A DNA stretch of 64,000 nt from the human T2T-CHM13v2.0 reference genome, Homo sapiens: assembly GCF_009914755.1 (NCBI RefSeq), contig NC_060947.1, one strand, 5' to 3'. The notes beneath the pieces are model-generated. The model saw nothing but the letters and a program-made list of their open reading frames with translations. It did not search any database and was not told the DNA's origin. Positions within the stretch are counted from its first letter, which is position 1, and each line of letters opens with the position of its first letter. Made by a program: the position numbers and the translations under genes. Positions 48,485 through 64,000 of this stretch are shown here, piece after piece.

Positions 48485-49817
48485 GGATGTGATTTTTTTT
48501 AAAGACAAAGTAACTAAAGACTAATTGATGCTGACATACCAAAGTAAAACCAGAAGTCTGTATTGAGGAGCCATCTCAAAAATTTACTTTAAGACAGTAT
48601 GTCTTAAAGAAAAAAATGTATTATTTAAATGGAAAGTAGGACCATATGCCAGGTTTTGTTTGTTTTGTTTGTTGTCATATTTTTGTTGTTGTTTGAGATG
48701 GGACATAAGAGACTAGTTGCTTGTCTCACAGATATGGTAGGGAAAGGAAACCTTTTGGTGGAAGTTAGCCATCTCTTCAATCTCTGATATTCAAGGAGTA
48801 CCCAGTTTTGGTTCACCAAATGTAAGTCCTTTGTTATAAGCATCCTCTTTTATGTTGGTTTGTTTGGCCTGTAGACAGTTTCTGAAACTAATTTCTTATT
48901 TGCATGTAATGCTTTCATATAATATTCATCTGTAAAACCATTTGGATTTTTCGAGTTGATACATTTTTATCATTCTGCTGCACCTCTCTCCCCTCCTTCT
49001 TTGGGCTTGTTGCACTGTCATGCTCCTCCTGATGCATTGCTTCCTGGTGGGTGACATCATGATTTGTGAGCAACCCGATATATAAATAAGGTGGTGAGAA
49101 CTGCCTCAGCAATTCAGTTTCTATTTGAAAGGCATTAAGCAGCCTCTTTCTGTTTTCTTACATTTTTCTCTACTTTGTGTTTTCACAGTTTTATTAGGCA
49201 CTGTAGAAGGACCTGTTTTTCTCTTTCATTACATTTCTGAAAATCATTAGGTTGATTCAAAATCTTTTGGAAATGTAATGCCCCCTTATGCTATAATATA
49301 CCTCTCATACTGTATACATTTTGGTCACACCCAGATGTGGAGTTTAGCAATAACTAACAACTACTAATTTTTAGGAGCATCCTAGGAATACAGATGCTTT
49401 CAGCAGTATGTTTTTATTTTCACTGATATTAAAGGAGTATTTATCTTAGAAGAGTGGTAGGAAAGCACACATGAATTTGGACCTTAATCCTTGACTATGT
49501 AGACATTGAATATTCATAGGTGTTTTGTGTGCTATGGTAGGTGTGGAAATATATGTGAGATCAATATCACTTCACCTCAATATCTTCAAAAGTGAATATG
49601 GATATGGTTTTGTTAGCTGAACTCATTAGCAAAGATGCCTTTTAAAAATAGCAAAGGTTACAGTATATATAATGTATGTGTGAATATCCACATATTATTA
49701 GATAGATTCCAACATGAGTATTTGTATGTGTTTCTGTTAACAATATAATTTACTATCACAGCTTATTTTTCAAAATTCCATTGAAGTATAAAGCTGGTTA
49801 GAAAGATATACGGCATC

Positions 49818-50225
49818 TTTTTCTTTTTTTCAGCTCTCCTAAGGTATAATTGACAAATAAATTGTACATATTGACAGTGTACTATGTGATGTTTTGACAT
49901 ATGTATACATTGTGAAATGATTAAATCAATCTAATTAACATATTCATCACCTCATATACTTTTTTGGTGGTGAGAACATTTTAGATCTACTCTCTGAGCA
50001 ATTTTTTAGGGTACAATACAGTATTATTAACTATAACCACCATGCTGTACAATCAGTCTCCAGAACTTATTCATCCTGTCTAACTGGAACTTTGTACTCT
50101 TTAACCAACATCTGCCCATCTCTTCCCCCAAGCTGTTGGCAACCACCACTCTTTCTGCTTTTATGAGATTGACTTTTTTAGATTGCACATCTAAGTGAGA
50201 TCATGCAGTATTTGTTTTTGTGTAA
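49818..50225 (-). mobile_element. L1MA-like 3' end
   Basis: ggtataattgacaaataa..gtgaaatgattaaatcaa..ccatgctgtacaat..tctccagaacttattcatcct..gtgagatcatgcagtatttg. Confidence 0.85.
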
Positions 50226-50338
50226 ACAAGCATACAGTATTGATGTCAAGGTCTTGTATTACCCACCTTAGAACAAGACAGTAGGATCATTATTTTTATT
50301 CAGTTAATGTTCATTTATACTTACCCACATATTATTCA

Positions 50339-50472
50339 TTTTTTTTTTTTTTTTTAGACAAGGGAGTCTCACTGTGTTGCTCAGGCTGGCCACGAACTCC
50401 TGGGCTCAAGTGATCCTCCTGCGTCAGCCTCCCCACTAGCTAGGATTACAGGAGTATACCATGGCCCTAGCT
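50339..50472 (-). mobile_element. FLAM / AluJ monomer
   Basis: Poly-T then gtctcactgtgttgctcaggctgg..gaactcctgggctcaagtgatcctcc. Confidence 0.82.
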
Positions 50473-51017
50473 CCACATTTTACTCTTCATTCTTTTTTAG
50501 CATTTCAGAGCATCCATCTGGAATTAACTCTTTTTGCCTGAAATACTCTTTCCTTTGGGCAATGATAGCAAAGTATTTGGGCAGAGCTTCTTCAGGAACT
50601 TTCTGAGTCAAGTCAGACCCAAGCCTTGTCCCACCCCTCCCCCAAGGCATGGGACCTTTGCCCTTCTTGTTAACCTCCTATGATCTTTCATTCCTATTGT
50701 CCCATCTCACTAACAGTGTTCCTCGTGTGTTCTGACTCATCACTTTAGCTGATTCTCTCTCATCCCTTAGTTTACCTGGTTTCATTTTCTGATTTAGGGC
50801 CTTGCATAGTCTGATTGATTAGTCTCAGTTTCAAGTCATAACCTCCTTGCTTTCTCGAGGTTCATCCAGCCCCACTCCCCTCACCCCACCCCTTGTTAAT
50901 TAGCAGGCCAATGTACTACCATCTTTCAGCCTGAGTTTCTTCTGAAAGAACACTGCTGTTCTCTGTTGATACTGTAGCATCTTGGCAGGTGCCTCAGGAA
51001 CCCTGCTACTGTGGGTT

Positions 51018-51202
51018 TAGTACTTCAGATTCTTGCCATGCTGCAGCTTCAGCATAACCTGGGAACTGGTTAGAAATGCAAAGTTTCTGGCTTCACTCTA
51101 AACCCACTGAATAAGAAACTGGGTGGGGGTAAGGGGACAGCAATCCATTTTCTAACAACCTCCCTAGGTGATTCTGATGTACACTAAAGTTTAAGAACCC
51201 TA
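51018..51202. mobile_element. MER5A
   Basis: cagcataacctgggaactggttagaaatgcaaa..ggtgattctgatgtacactaaagtttaagaacc. Confidence 0.82.
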
Positions 51203-51647
51203 GAGCCCAATGACTCATCTTATTTCACAAGTGTGGCAACTGAGTTACTCCAGGTCCATAAAGCCAGTTTAGTGCTAAACAGTAGAGCCAGGAGTAGCCT
51301 ACTTCAGCCCACCACCTTGTCTACTAGGCTTCTCTATGTTACTTGTGCTGAACATTGTTTTTAGTTAAATATTAGAACTGAGTCATGACATTGCTGTACA
51401 TTTGCAAATGAGAGGCTTGTCCTCTAAGCTTTGCATTCCTTCTGCCAGTGACAGTATCAGTCAGAATCAAGTAGTTCTCAGTGACAAAGTGGGAGGATAC
51501 CCTTGGCATTGGACTCTTTACAGGGAACTCAGTAGAGTCTTTGTGTTGTTCATTATGGCTTTGGTTGATGTATAATATATTGCCATGTTCTTAAAACTAA
51601 AACATGCTAGAATAAACTCAACAAGTGATAAGGAATGATCATTTGCA

Positions 51648-51649
<2 letters not shown>

Positions 51650-51683
<34 letters not shown>
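51650..51683. repeat. (GT)n microsatellite
   Basis: About 17 perfect GT units. Confidence 0.95.
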
Positions 51684-51687
<4 letters not shown>

Positions 51688-52397
51688 GTATTAATATTTA
51701 GTTTGTAAAATGAATTACCAGAGAATTTCTTAAGTAGCAATGTCCCTGTATATTAAAATGTAACTCTTTGAAAGTGGGAAGGAGGTAGATAATGAGTTGG
51801 ATAACTGTTCAGGAACACATCTACTGAAGAGCACATTTACATTCTCTTAGTTCCTAATATAGTATTAGTATACTTATTCAATAATTGTCCTTGTTTGTAT
51901 GTACTTTAGAACATTTTGTTCACCCTTGCTGGATGTTCTCATATCTTCTTTAGATAACAAGTAAACATGTCTGAGAGTTTCCATTTGTTTTAGTTTGACA
52001 TCTTTGCCCTATAAACCCTCATGTATCTGAACTTTAGAGGAAAGGAAATCTGAAGCTACTATTTCAATCTTTTCTGCTTTCAATTTTATTTTTAACAACC
52101 AAACAGTTCTTTCTGATGATAAGGAATCAGAGCATTGAGACCATTTTCTTACTAAATCATGCTTATGTGGATGGAAAAAGTTAGTGCAGCCTCTAACGGA
52201 AGTGACTTAACCAGTGGGAAATTCTTCCTTTATATGATTTTATAAATACAAAAGTAAAATCGCATTAAGAAATTATCAGGAATAGTAACTACTGCATAAT
52301 TTTGAAGACCCTGTAATCTTTCAGATGTTATAAGAAACTTGTGAAAATGGACAACCAAGATAGTTTATGATGTTACAGATGAGTTTTGTTTTACCAT

Positions 52398-52570
52398 AAC
52401 TGGCTACATAATTTGTGGAGCTCCTTGCAAAATGAAAATGTGGGACCTCTTGTTCAAAGATTATTCAGAATTTCAAGATGGCAGCAGCAGAGCAGTAAAC
52501 CAAGTGTGAGGCCCTTCTGAGAGCAGGGCCCTATGTGACTGCTCAAGTTGCACACCCATGAAACCTCTGT
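52398..52570. mobile_element. MER91-like hAT-Tip100 MITE
   Basis: ataatttgtggag..tgcaaaatgaaaatgtggg..ttcaagatggc..gggccctatgtgactgc. Confidence 0.7.
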
Positions 52571-53299
52571 GGTTTACCTAATTGAGACAGTTAATGAGAG
52601 AAGCAAAATGTGCACCACTTTGTTCCTGGAATAAAATGAATGTTTTGACTTGAATAAAAGTGAGAATCTTTTAACAAAAAGCCACTTCTACAAAAGGCTC
52701 TTCCTGTAAGTGACCTCTTTTATTCATTTCAAAATGTCTTTTTCTATCAATTCCAGCATGATCTTTGTCACAAATAAAAAAGGGAGCTTTCCCCATGAGA
52801 ATTTCTGTCAAGAAACAATCTTCTTCAACTCTCTTCTGATATGTGAAGAAATAGTTCTTATCTCTCTTAAAGTAGGTTTGAACCTTATTCTCTGATGAAT
52901 ACTTTACATACTCTAAGCAAACAGCTTCAAATTTCTCACAGATTTTGCCGATGAGATTCCCATTTCTCTTTTTTAGTCCCTAATGACTGAAGGTATCGTA
53001 TCTAGGGATAGTTTACACCACATTCTCTATAAGTAATGTAATAGGACTTATAGCATTTCATTTTGCAGCATATCTTTGGGTCTGTTTGCACTTAATGTGG
53101 AGTTCGCTTTGAGTAATATCAGTCCTTTGAATTTGTTTTATGTGATTTGGTTTTTATAAAACATTAGGATGCTCTCTAGATTATCCAGCCCAGTTCCCTG
53201 CCTCTAGGTGTACCTGAATGTAACTCTGTAAGACAAATGGTTATACAGTAAGTTTCTAAATGTCCCAGGAAAACAAAAATGTAATGGTACAGATAATCC

Positions 53300-53597
53300 T
53301 TTTTTTTTTTTTTTGAGACAGACTTTTGCTCTTATTGCCCAGGCTGGAGTGCAATGGCTCAATCTTGGCTCACCACAACCTCTGCCTCCCTGGGTTCAAG
53401 CGATTCTCCTGTCTTAGCCTCCCGTGTAGCTGGGATTACAGGCATGCACCACCACGCCTAGCTAATTTTGTATTTTTAGTAGAGACAGGGTTTCTCCATG
53501 TTGGTCAGGCTGGTCTCGAACTCCCGACCTCAGGTGATCTGCCAGTCTCAGCCTCACAAAGTGCTGGGATTACAGGCATGAGCCACCACGCCTGGCC
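53300..53597 (-). mobile_element. AluSp
   Basis: Sp diagnostics; TSD cagataatcc. Confidence 0.92.
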
Positions 53598-55168
53598 TCA
53601 GATAATCCCTATATAGTGAGGGATGTTCAGGGAAATACCAGCTGTACTTGTATTCCTGGCAAGTTCCATTATTCTTGAATGTAATCATTATTCTTTTTTT
53701 AATTGCAGTTATTTGATGTGTCTTATTCCTTTACTTCAGTGAAAGTTTTATTTGTAAACCTAACCTTATTTATATTCTTGGCCGAGAAAATAGAAAGCAG
53801 ACTTTTCTACCCAGTATAGTCCACTGTGTAAAACTCTTGAAAACTTTCTCATCACATTTGTCAGCTGTCTCTGATACATAGACAGACCTGAGTTAATGAT
53901 TGTTATTGTTTACATTTCTTTTTTCTTTAATGAAAAACTATTGAATTATTCAGTTTTTATTAAAAGTTCAATGATTTTTATATTTCAGATGCTCTTTAGT
54001 ATTCAATATATTCACAGCATACTCCAAGTCTCCCTCACTGGTCCACTGGTTCTAATATTTACTAGAATAATTTTATTTACCATATGCTTGTGTCATATTG
54101 GAAATGTTAGGGGAAAAATTGAATTTTGAATGTGAAAGGTCCTTTCTTCTTTTATCAAAAGGAAAAAAATGCATTCTCTGACATTAATAAAAGTCATGCT
54201 GACGTTCTCTTACAAGAAACTCACTAAAATGACAAAGAGCATGAAAAAATGTAATTAGGTGTTTGAGCTGAGTTGGTTGGTTTGTTCTCCTACCTGATAA
54301 ATTCTAATACACAGAAATAAAATTCCAGTTAATGAGAAAGTGCAAACATGGCAGATATATCGATATTCTAGATAATATTGTCATTATTTCATGTGCTTAC
54401 GATAGAAAAAAATAAATTTGACTTTTTTGCAAATATTGCTGGGTTTTCCTCTGAAAAGCACTATAATGAGTGGATTTATTTATTCAATTCTCAGTGAGTT
54501 ACTGGCTGAATCAAGGTTTTGGAAAAATAAACATGTATTCTCTATCTCTAAGTATATTAACTAATCTATAAAGGCTTGACATTCATTAATGCTTGCTGAG
54601 GGAAAAAATGAGTTCTAGAGATTGTGTTTTGCTCAGTACTGCATAACTTACTTTCACAAGCTCTGCTTAAGCTTTGATTTCTAAATCTCTCCCCAGTGAA
54701 ATCATACCTCAAAGATGTTTCATTAAAATGACAAGATAAGCTCCCTCGCATCCCTATGCTGGAGTGGGGGCAAGGGACAGAGTTTTGGGAGATCTTGCAA
54801 AACGGTTCCTAAGCTTTAGGGAAAGAAGTGCAAATTATTGACTTCAGTGAAAAATTGACAACATCTCCATGGTGAAGACAGTAGCCAAAAGGGTGGGCCA
54901 ACTGTGTGCCAAGCCTCCGCTTGTCTTGATCTTGTTCTCATGGTTGTGCTGATGACTCATGGGGGTTGGATTTGTGTAATGTAGGAACCATTAGAAAATC
55001 CATGCTTTTCAAGTAATGCATTTTAGAAAAATATTTTTAAATGCATATTTTCATTGTCATAACCTGCATTGTACAATCTTCCACTTTTCGTTCCCTACCT
55101 CTTTTCTATTTGGAAATATTTTCTCAGAGTGTTGGTAGTAGTTCACATGGCTTAATTATGTCTCTAAA

Positions 55169-55251
55169 TATTAGTTCAAACCATATGAAATTGTTGCCAT
55201 TTGACTGTTTTTTGCCTACAAAATGACAATGTAATATGGTTCAATCTAATA
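55169..55251. mobile_element. MADE2 (Hsmar2-derived mariner MITE)
   Basis: About 80 bp with inverted ends tattagttcaaaccatatgaaattg..caatgtaatatggttcaatctaata. Confidence 0.78.
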
Positions 55252-58200
55252 AGAAATATATAATTCCCAAACAGAAAGGTAATATCCTAGTATTACTTAA
55301 TCACTTTTTGTTGTGGATGAAACTCAGATTCTACCTTAGTTGATCATTTTCTGGCTGTGAGATAATTTTCTCACAGATTGTTGGCATTGAAAGAGAACTC
55401 TTAAATAGGAAAACCCTCTCCCTGGGCATCCAGGGCCACCCTGGAAAACAAGCCTTAATGAAGTCACCTGATCAGTAACCTGGTCTCCTGTGGATATAGT
55501 TCTCCTGTTTGCATTGTACATCTTTAGGGAAAAAATGCAGTATAGTTGGTTAATTTATCAGTCTTTATTTTTGTTCCAGTGAAACAAAATGCCCTGGCCA
55601 TTCTAATTAGATCAAGAGTCACTGTGATGTCTTTGATAGAGCTGGGTGTTAACAAGGTTTTTCTCAGCTACCAGTTTTCAAATTGTTTTTTAAAAATGGA
55701 TGATTAATCCATCCAGCACTTGTTGATTTCTCCCGGTTTGACTCTGAGGTGGAAGTGACATCTTCCTCACTTTACTACCCAATTCAGAGTGTACCTTAAA
55801 ATAGCTTCCTCTAAACTGGATATAAAGATGTCAGCAATGTGTAGATTCTCTAAATATGCTTTTCCTTCTTTGTTCAAGACAGTGCTAATGTGAGTGCTTA
55901 GTTACTAAAACAAATATAATGACATTTTTAAAGCCTCACACAGTTGGATAATTGCTTTAAAGAAATCATGGTACATTTTTTTACTTCCTCTTCCTGAAAT
56001 AGAAATCATAGTCCTATTGAAGACCCAGGATTCCATACGTCGTAAGAGTATAAGTAGTGTATTCCTTTTAAAGGATGGGGATAAATTTCCCCTATACTAA
56101 AAATCACCAGCTGCCGTAGAAGTGCTGAGTGAAAAATGGTTCTTATCATTTCTTTGTGGACTGCAATTTCCCCCTGTTGATATAGGCTATAAATAGGAAA
56201 TAAACAGCCTTGAATGAAATCAGATATAGTATGCAAAGATTTCACTGATGAGTTTAGGTGAGCAACTCATAAAAAGAACAAAATATTGCCTGGTCCTAAA
56301 TTTTTGCCAAGGAACCTTTAGTAACCTCCTTGCTCTCAACCATTTTGGCAAATACCACTTTTTAACTCCATTTTTTGGAGAGTAACAGATATTTGTTTTT
56401 GAATTTTTTTTTACATAAAAAAGAGTAAAAATAATTAAGAATATTAAAAATTATGACTGTTACACGAACAAGCAAAATAAACATAGTCTTGAATATCTTT
56501 TAATATAATTAGCAGTTTCTCCCTTTATGACATTTATCTGAGATAATTTATCAGCATTTGGACTATACTAAAATGAATTGCTTTTCTAAACAGTAGAAAC
56601 TTGGCTTCTGTAAATACCTGATCCATGCCGAAAGTATAATGTAGAAGTAGGCTTTTCTATTAACTATTGTTTGAAGAACCAAAAGTCTATAGTATTTTTC
56701 TGTGTTCTTCAGATATATTACATATCAAACAAGTAAAGATTTTTAAAGAATATTTCATTTTACTTTATTAGCAAATAATTCTCTTTATGATTATTATTAC
56801 TGGCCATGAATTCTTTTAATCTCCAAATTAGCCCACATAGAGGAAAAAAAAAACTACACAATTTGCCTATTTGGAAGATACCTTACAATTCTCTCTTTTA
56901 CATAGTGCTATCTATTGAGTAAGTGCCCAGTGGTTATGCATTGATAGTTTGAAAGAGTTAATTGGAAACTACGTAGGAGTTTGCTGAAAGCATGATTGAA
57001 GCAGTGATGATGAACTGTATCTAAGTTTGCCCTGCTTTCCTCTCTGGAGCCCACTGTTCCAAGAAGAGACATAGTTAAAAACAAATTTGAAATTGTAAAT
57101 CTTTTCTAGTTAATCCCAAGCAAGAAATTAAGTGCCTATTTGCAAGTCTGGCTCTGACCATACCTCTATTCATTTTACTAAAATATAATGATATTTGCAG
57201 ACAGTAGTGACACAACAGTAACTAGATGGCAACATAGTAACTTCATAAAATAGCATATGATATAAATCATGGAAGTTTTTGAATTAAAAATATCAAAGAA
57301 CTGCAAAGGTCAAGTAGACACATCAACTTAAAGCACTTATGAAGTTAAGCTCTAAGGAATGACAGTCTTTTAATGCCACTATTTTCTCTGGTTTTACCAG
57401 CTTTGGGGAGGTTATTTAAGCATAATTTTTATTCATGACTTTATTTTAAAAGAACCACATGATGTTCAGAAATTGATATAATTATATCTCTGAGGTATTG
57501 GTGCAGAATTTTGTAATTCTATACCATTTTCTTACAAGTGATCAACTCTCATGTAATTCAATGGCATCCATATTATTTATTCAGTAATCTGTAATTATAG
57601 ATTTCCTCTAATGAAGCACCCTATGCTTTATTGCCCTGGGTTCTCAGGAGCTCTGTGGGTGTCAATTTTAGAAAATTTGAAATTGGGAAAGCTATATTTT
57701 CCCAGATGAACATTATAAAGTAATGAAGAGGTTAGTAAGTGTTGCCTTGATTGTTTGAAACACCAAAAGGCAATACCACCCAATATACAATTATCATATT
57801 ACTTTTAGTATACCATCTTCTTTTTTTAATTTAAAGGTTAGATTCAATTAAATGGTAGTAGCAGTATGTTAAATGAGTATATGCCTTAGGAAGTTATTTA
57901 TCTATTTATTTTGAAGTTAATTTTTTTCTATTGGAGAACAACTTCTCTTTTACGAAGTAAAGTATGTAATTAAGGTCTACCTGAATTTTAATTATTAGAA
58001 CAGAATATTATTAATATGTATTTATAAAAATTGTCTAAATTACCTGAATTTAGAACATTTAAGTTTCTAAAGCACTCATTCCCTCATTTGATTCCTTGAA
58101 TAGATCTGGTGAGCTAAAGTATATTTATGTGGTAGTCTTTCTAAAAGCAATATTCATTTAAACTTGGCAAGTGTAAAGTATCTAGGCTTGGTATTTTTTC

Positions 58201-58956
58201 TTTTGCTATTTTTTAGAATTTATGTGTATCTTTTCTTTCCAAAATTAAGCACATGAGGGAAGATGTATAGGTGTGAACACTCAAGGTATGTACAAAATGA
58301 TAAAGACAAGTAGCCTAACGGGGAGTTGAAGAAGCCAAAGAAAAATTTTTGGAAGCAACTTATAAAACCATTGTAGATTGGATTGGATCTGATACACATT
58401 GAATCTTAGAAAAGAGGATGATGTTATTAAACTTATAGTTTAGTAATGGGAGAGACTAGAAACAGGGAATTCAACAAGTTAATCCATGTAGTAGTAATCC
58501 AGGTTAAGGGTTGAGTGATAATGTTGGAGAGGAAACTCTGATTATGAAATATTTTGCCTGTGAAGAAGTGGTATAGCTGAGTCATGTTTTAAATTTGGAG
58601 ATGAAAGAATGTCAAAGACCATGCATAGATTCCAAGCCTGGGGAATAATCAGAAATGAAAAAATTGGGATAAGAAGTCATTAGGGGTATGGTTGGGTGGG
58701 GAATTTGTCCACGATTAAATAAGTCTTAGACATGCTAAATCTCAGATGATGGGAAATCTTGTAAATAACATTGTTTGAGGGTAGCTGATAATTTAGACCT
58801 GAAATGGGACTGAGCATGAATAGTGAGGATGTGGATTCCATTCCAAGATGGCCAAATAGGAACAGCTGCAGTCTGCAGCTCCTAGAGTGATCGACACAGA
58901 AGATGGTGATTTCTGTGTTTCCAACTGAGGTACCTGGTTCATCTCACTGGGACTGG

Positions 58957-59271
58957 TTAGACAGTGGGTGCAGCCCACAGAGTGCGAGCCGAAGCAGGGC
59001 AGGGCATCACCTCACCCGGGAAGCACAAGGGGTCAGAGGATTTCCCTTTCCTAGCCAAAGGAAGCCATGACAGACTGTACCTGGAAAATCGGGACACTCC
59101 CACCGAAATACTGAGCTTTTCCAATAGTCTTAGCAAATGGCACACCAGGAGATTATATCCCGTGCCTGGCTCAGCGGGCCCCACGCTCACGGAGCCTTGC
59201 TTACTGCTAGCACAGCAGTCTGAGATTGACCTGCAAGGCAGCAGCCTGGCAGGGGGTGAGGTGTCCACCAT
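58957..59271 (-). other. L1 ORF0 homologue, open frame of 104 aa
   Basis: MVDTSPPARLLPCRSISDCCAS..VGPAEPG..VGVSRFSR resembles the recalled L1HS ORF0p; ATG in gcaATGg context. Confidence 0.75.
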
Positions 59272-59884
59272 TGCTGAGGCTTGAGTAGATAAACAAAGTG
59301 GCTGGGGAAGCTCGAACTGGGCGGAGCCCACCTCAGCTCTGCAAGGCATGCTGCCTCTGTAGACCCCAACTCTGGGGGCAGGGCATAGCTGAACAAAAGG
59401 CATCAGAAACTTCTGCAGACTTAAACATCCCTGTCTGACAGCTCTGGAGAGAGCAGTGGTTCTCCCAGCACAGTGTTTGAGCTCTGAGAACAGACTGCCT
59501 CCTCAAGTGGGTCCCTGACCCCCGTGTAGCCTAACTGGGAGACACCTCCCAGTTTGGGCCTACTGACACCTCATACAGGCGAGTGACCCTCTGGGATGAA
59601 GCTTCCAGAGGAAGGATCAGGCAGCAATATTTGCTGTTCTGCAGTGTTTGCTGTTCTGCAATATTTGCTGTTCTGCAGCCTCTGCTGGTGATACCCAGGC
59701 AAACAGGGTCTGGAGTGGACTTCCAGCAGACTCCACCAGAGCTGCAGCTGAGGGACCTGACTCGTAGAAGGAAAACTAACAAACAGAAAGGAATAGCATC
59801 AACATCAATAAAAAGGACATCCACACCAAAACCGAATCTGTAGGTCACCAGCGTCAATGACCAAATGTAGAGAAAACCACAAAG

Positions 59885-60899
59885 ATGGGGAGAAACCAGA
59901 GCAGAAAAGGTGAAAATTCTAAAAATCAGAGCACCTCTTCTCCTCCAAAGGATTACAGGTCCTCTCCAGCAACGAAACAAAGCTGGACAGAGAATGACTT
60001 TGACGAGCTGACAGAAGTAGGGTTCAGAAGGTCAGTAATAACAAACTTCTCCGAGCTAAAGGAGGATGTTCAAACCCATTGCAAGGAAGCTAAAAATGTT
60101 GGAAGAAGATTAGACGAATGGCTAACTAGAATAAACAGTGTAGAGAAGACACCTGATGGAGCTGAAAACCATGGCATGAGAACTACGTGATGCATGCACA
60201 AGCTTCAATAGATGATTCAATGAAGTGGAAGAAAGGCTATCAGTGATTGAAGATCAAATTAATGAAATAAAGCGAGAGGAGAAGTTCAAAGAAAAAAGAG
60301 TAAAAAGAAATGAACAAAGCCTCCAAAAAATATGGGACTATGTGAAAAGGCGAAATCTACATTTGATTGGTGTACCTGAAAGTGACGGGGAGAATGGAAC
60401 CAAGTTGGAAAACACTCTGCAGGATATTATCCAGGAGAACCTCCCCAACCTAGCAAGGCAGGCCAACATCCAAATTCAGGAAAAACAGAGACCGCCACAA
60501 AGATACTCCTCAAGAAGAGCAACCCCAGGACACATAATTGTCAGATTCACCAAGGTTGAAATGAAGGAAAAAATGCTAAGGGCAGCCAGAGAGAAAGGTC
60601 GGGTTACCCACAAAGGGAAGCCCATCAGACTAACAGCAGATCTCTCAGCAGAAACTACAAGCCAGAAGAGAGTGGGGGCCAATATTCAACATTCTTAAAG
60701 AAAAGAATTTTCAACTTAGAATTTCATATCCAGCCAAACTAAGCTTCATAAGTGAAGGACAAATAAAATCCTTTACAGACAAACAAATGCTGAGAGATTG
60801 TGTCACCACCAGCCTGCCTTACAAGAGCTCTTGAAGGAAGCACTAAGCATGGAAAGGAACAACTGGTACCAGCCACTGCAAAAACATGCCAAATTGTAA
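59885..60899 (+). pseudogene. L1 ORF1p, disrupted
   Basis: MGRNQSRK start and ..QPLQKHAKL* end; frameshifts near 60150 and 60655; TGA at 60213-60215. Confidence 0.92.
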
Positions 60900-60962
60900 A
60901 GACCATCGAGGCTAGGAAGAAACTGCATCAACTAACAGGCAAAATAACCAGCTAACATCATA

Positions 60963-63806
<2,844 letters not shown>

Positions 63807-64000
63807 GTCCAGGCATGGTGGCTGACGCCTATAATCCCAGCACTTTTGGAGGCCAAGGCAGGTGGATCACGAGTTCAGGAGATCAAGACCATCCTGGCTA
63901 ACATGGTGAAACCCTGTCTCTACTAAAAATATAAAAAATTAGCCGGGCATGGTGGTGGGCGCCTGTAGTCCCAGCTACTTGGGAGGCTGAGGCAGGAGAA
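63807..64000 (+). mobile_element. AluY/Sc-like element inserted in L1 ORF2 (runs off the window)
   Basis: gagatcaagaccatcctggctaacatggtg directly after L1 agaaagctgaaact. Confidence 0.9.

Overview
Primate (probably human) AT-rich, repeat-dense intronic DNA. The only recognisable host coding exon is a 136-nt + strand exon at 33349-33484 ([10 protein letters not shown]...QLIDINK). I recognise it as a late exon of the formin gene DIAPH2, between the end of FH2 and the DAD autoinhibitory domain. The rest is intron filled with about 27 Alus, MIR/L2/L3 relics, DNA transposons (MER20, Tigger3, MER53, Charlie1b, MER5A, MER91, MADE2, MARNA-like), MaLR/ERVL/ERV1 solo LTRs, and a 5'-complete, decayed L1PA (58833 to window end) interrupted by an Alu. 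The most notable structure is an 89-bp tandem duplication of the exon's branch point, 3' splice site and first 17 exon bases. It creates a twin acceptor whose use would introduce a stop codon upstream of the DAD. Also notable: a cluster of AATAAA hexamers with a GU-rich tract just downstream of the same exon, an open ORF0 in the L1 5'UTR, an AluYd-type element, and an Alu/MER20 deletion junction. Repeat names come from recalled consensus sequences and should be confirmed with RepeatMasker/Dfam. Almost all ORFs in the supplied track are repeat-derived or chance.
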